Shown one piece after another: positions 62,941 through 64,000 of a DNA stretch of 64,000 bases. This DNA comes from Myxococcota bacterium (GTDB lineage Bacteria; Myxococcota_A; UBA9160; SMWR01): the NCBI GenBank assembly GCA_039030075.1, contig JBCCEW010000004.1:25826-89825 (forward strand). Direction: 5' to 3'. The translations under genes and the position numbers were made by a program. Position 1 is the stretch's first letter. Each line of letters starts with the position of its first letter. The notes beneath the pieces are model-generated. The model worked only from the letters and a program-made list of their open reading frames with translations. It had not been told where the DNA came from and did no database searches.

Positions 62941-63639
62941 CTAGGCCGGGAACGCCTTCGCCACGTCCGCTTCCAGCCCGCGCTCGATCTCGTCGAGGAG
63001 TCCACCGCGGGCGCGTGCCCGCGTGTTCAAGAAGGGCTTCCGCGGGAGCTTGCCGAGCCGTTCGGCGGCGGCGAGGGCCGTCTCGAAGTTGGCCTCGGCG
63101 GCGACCACCTCGTCGAAGAAGCCCGCGTCGATGGCCTCGTCCGGCCCATAGACCTCGGCTTCGACGGTGCCGCGCAGGAAATGGCGCTTCGACATCCGCT
63201 CGCGGGCGAGCTCCAAGAGGAAGAGCGGCGTCGTCATCCCGATCGCGACTTCGTTGAAGCCCACCTTGAAGTCACCGGCCGAGCCCACCCGATGGTCTGC
63301 CGCCATCAAGAGGACGGCCCCCATCGCCAGCGCGTGGCCGTTGCAGGCGATCACGACGGGCACCGACAGGCGTCCGAGTCGGATGGCCAGTCGGCCGCCA
63401 GCCGTCACCATCGCGCGTCCCGCTTCGGGCCCGCCCTCGCGCATCACACCGAGATCGAAGCCCGCAGAGAACCGGTTCGGTCGTCCGGTCAGAAGCAGCG
63501 CCTGCCCGCTCTCTTCGACCTGATCGAGGGCCACGTTGATCGCGTCGAGCACCGGCGGCCCGAGGGCGTTCGCCTTGCCGTCATCGAGGCGCAGGACGGC
63601 GACGTCGCCGGAAGTTTCGAGGGTGACGGTTTCGCTCAT
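62941..63639 (-). CDS. enoyl-CoA hydratase/isomerase (crotonase) family protein
   Basis: ...LLTGRPNRFSAGFDLGVM...ACNGHALAMGAVLLMAADHRV... crotonase oxyanion-hole motifs. Confidence 0.75.
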   Translation of the reverse strand: MSETVTLETSGDVAVLRLDDGKANALGPPVLDAINVALDQVEESGQALLLTGRPNRFSAGFDLGVMREGGPEAGRAMVTAGGRLAIRLGRLSVPVVIACNGHALAMGAVLLMAADHRVGSAGDFKVGFNEVAIGMTTPLFLLELARERMSKRHFLRGTVEAEVYGPDEAIDAGFFDEVVAAEANFETALAAAERLGKLPRKPFLNTRARARGGLLDEIERGLEADVAKAFPA

Positions 63640-63716
63640 GGGGTCCTCCGATGCGATGAGAAGGCGAGCAGGATACCGCGCCGGGACCGGGTCGAAAGCC
63701 GAGGCCGGGCCGCGCC

Positions 63717-64000
63717 TCAGACCGGGCGATCGCCCTCGATCACCACGCGCAGCATCTCGCGACGGTGTCCGGTGTAGTCGTTGAGCGCGTAATGCTGGGT
63801 CGAGCGGTTGTCCCAGATCGCGAGCGTCCCGGGCTCCCAGTGCAGGCGGGTGACGAACGCGTCGTCGGTGACGTGCTGCACGAGTTCCCCCAGGAGCTCC
63901 CTGGACTCGGATTCCGGCAGGTCGGCGATGCCCACCGTGAAGGCGAGGTTCACGTAGAGGATCTTCTCGCCGGTCTCGGGGTGGGTGCGCACGACCGGGT
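63717..64000 (-). CDS. TauD/TfdA-family Fe(II)/2-oxoglutarate dioxygenase, C-terminal part (N-terminus beyond window end)
   Basis: ...[42 protein letters not shown] is the typical TauD C-terminus; ORF runs off the window. Confidence 0.7.
   Translation of the reverse strand, partial: PVVRTHPETGEKILYVNLAFTVGIADLPESESRELLGELVQHVTDDAFVTRLHWEPGTLAIWDNRSTQHYALNDYTGHRREMLRVVIEGDRPV

Overview
High-GC (about 68-70%) bacterial chromosomal segment with a strongly accessory character. F420-linked redox enzymes, a DUF4388 response regulator, a CarH-like B12 regulator and many PEP-CTERM proteins suggest a Myxococcota/deltaproteobacteria-like or similar GC-rich Gram-negative lineage. Core-like content: a DyP-type peroxidase, Crp/Fnr and TetR regulators, LLM-class oxidoreductases, an MMPL/RND-like transporter, an esterase, two cytochrome P450s with TetR/DUF1772/MAPEG/VOC neighbours, a thiolase plus DUF35 pair, a Rieske oxygenase, sigma-70 family and ECF sigma/anti-sigma genes, a ZIP-like transporter, and MDR dehydrogenase, crotonase and TauD-like genes. 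Standout structures: (1) a head-to-tail array of eight paralogous PEP-CTERM proteins of about 385 aa (19.0-28.7 kb), which I do not recognise as a described family, plus a diverged ninth copy at 42.3 kb; there are further PEP-CTERM-type secreted proteins with NHL-propeller, beta-helix and LamG domains. (2) A densely packed same-strand array of 17 tRNA-like genes in 1.6 kb (29.44-31.03 kb). Several have non-canonical features: structural class and anticodon swapped, G55/A54/T56 T-loops, and degenerate copies. It is followed by SPFH and PcfJ-like genes, which is island-like. (3) A divergent FtsZ/tubulin-superfamily GTPase with a long basic C-terminal extension downstream of a sigma-70 family gene. 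(4) A ZIP-fold transporter with a cyclic-nucleotide-binding domain inserted in its cytoplasmic loop, partnered with an RCK_C membrane protein. (5) A CarH-type MerR/B12 regulator divergent from the sigma gene across an AT-rich region with three 11-bp direct repeats. Many long six-frame ORFs in the supplied track are antisense or out-of-frame artefacts of the high GC content and are rejected. Start codons were refined from N-terminal signal peptides and RBS context and may be off by a few nt; the window text and the ORF track disagree by +/-1 nt in two places.
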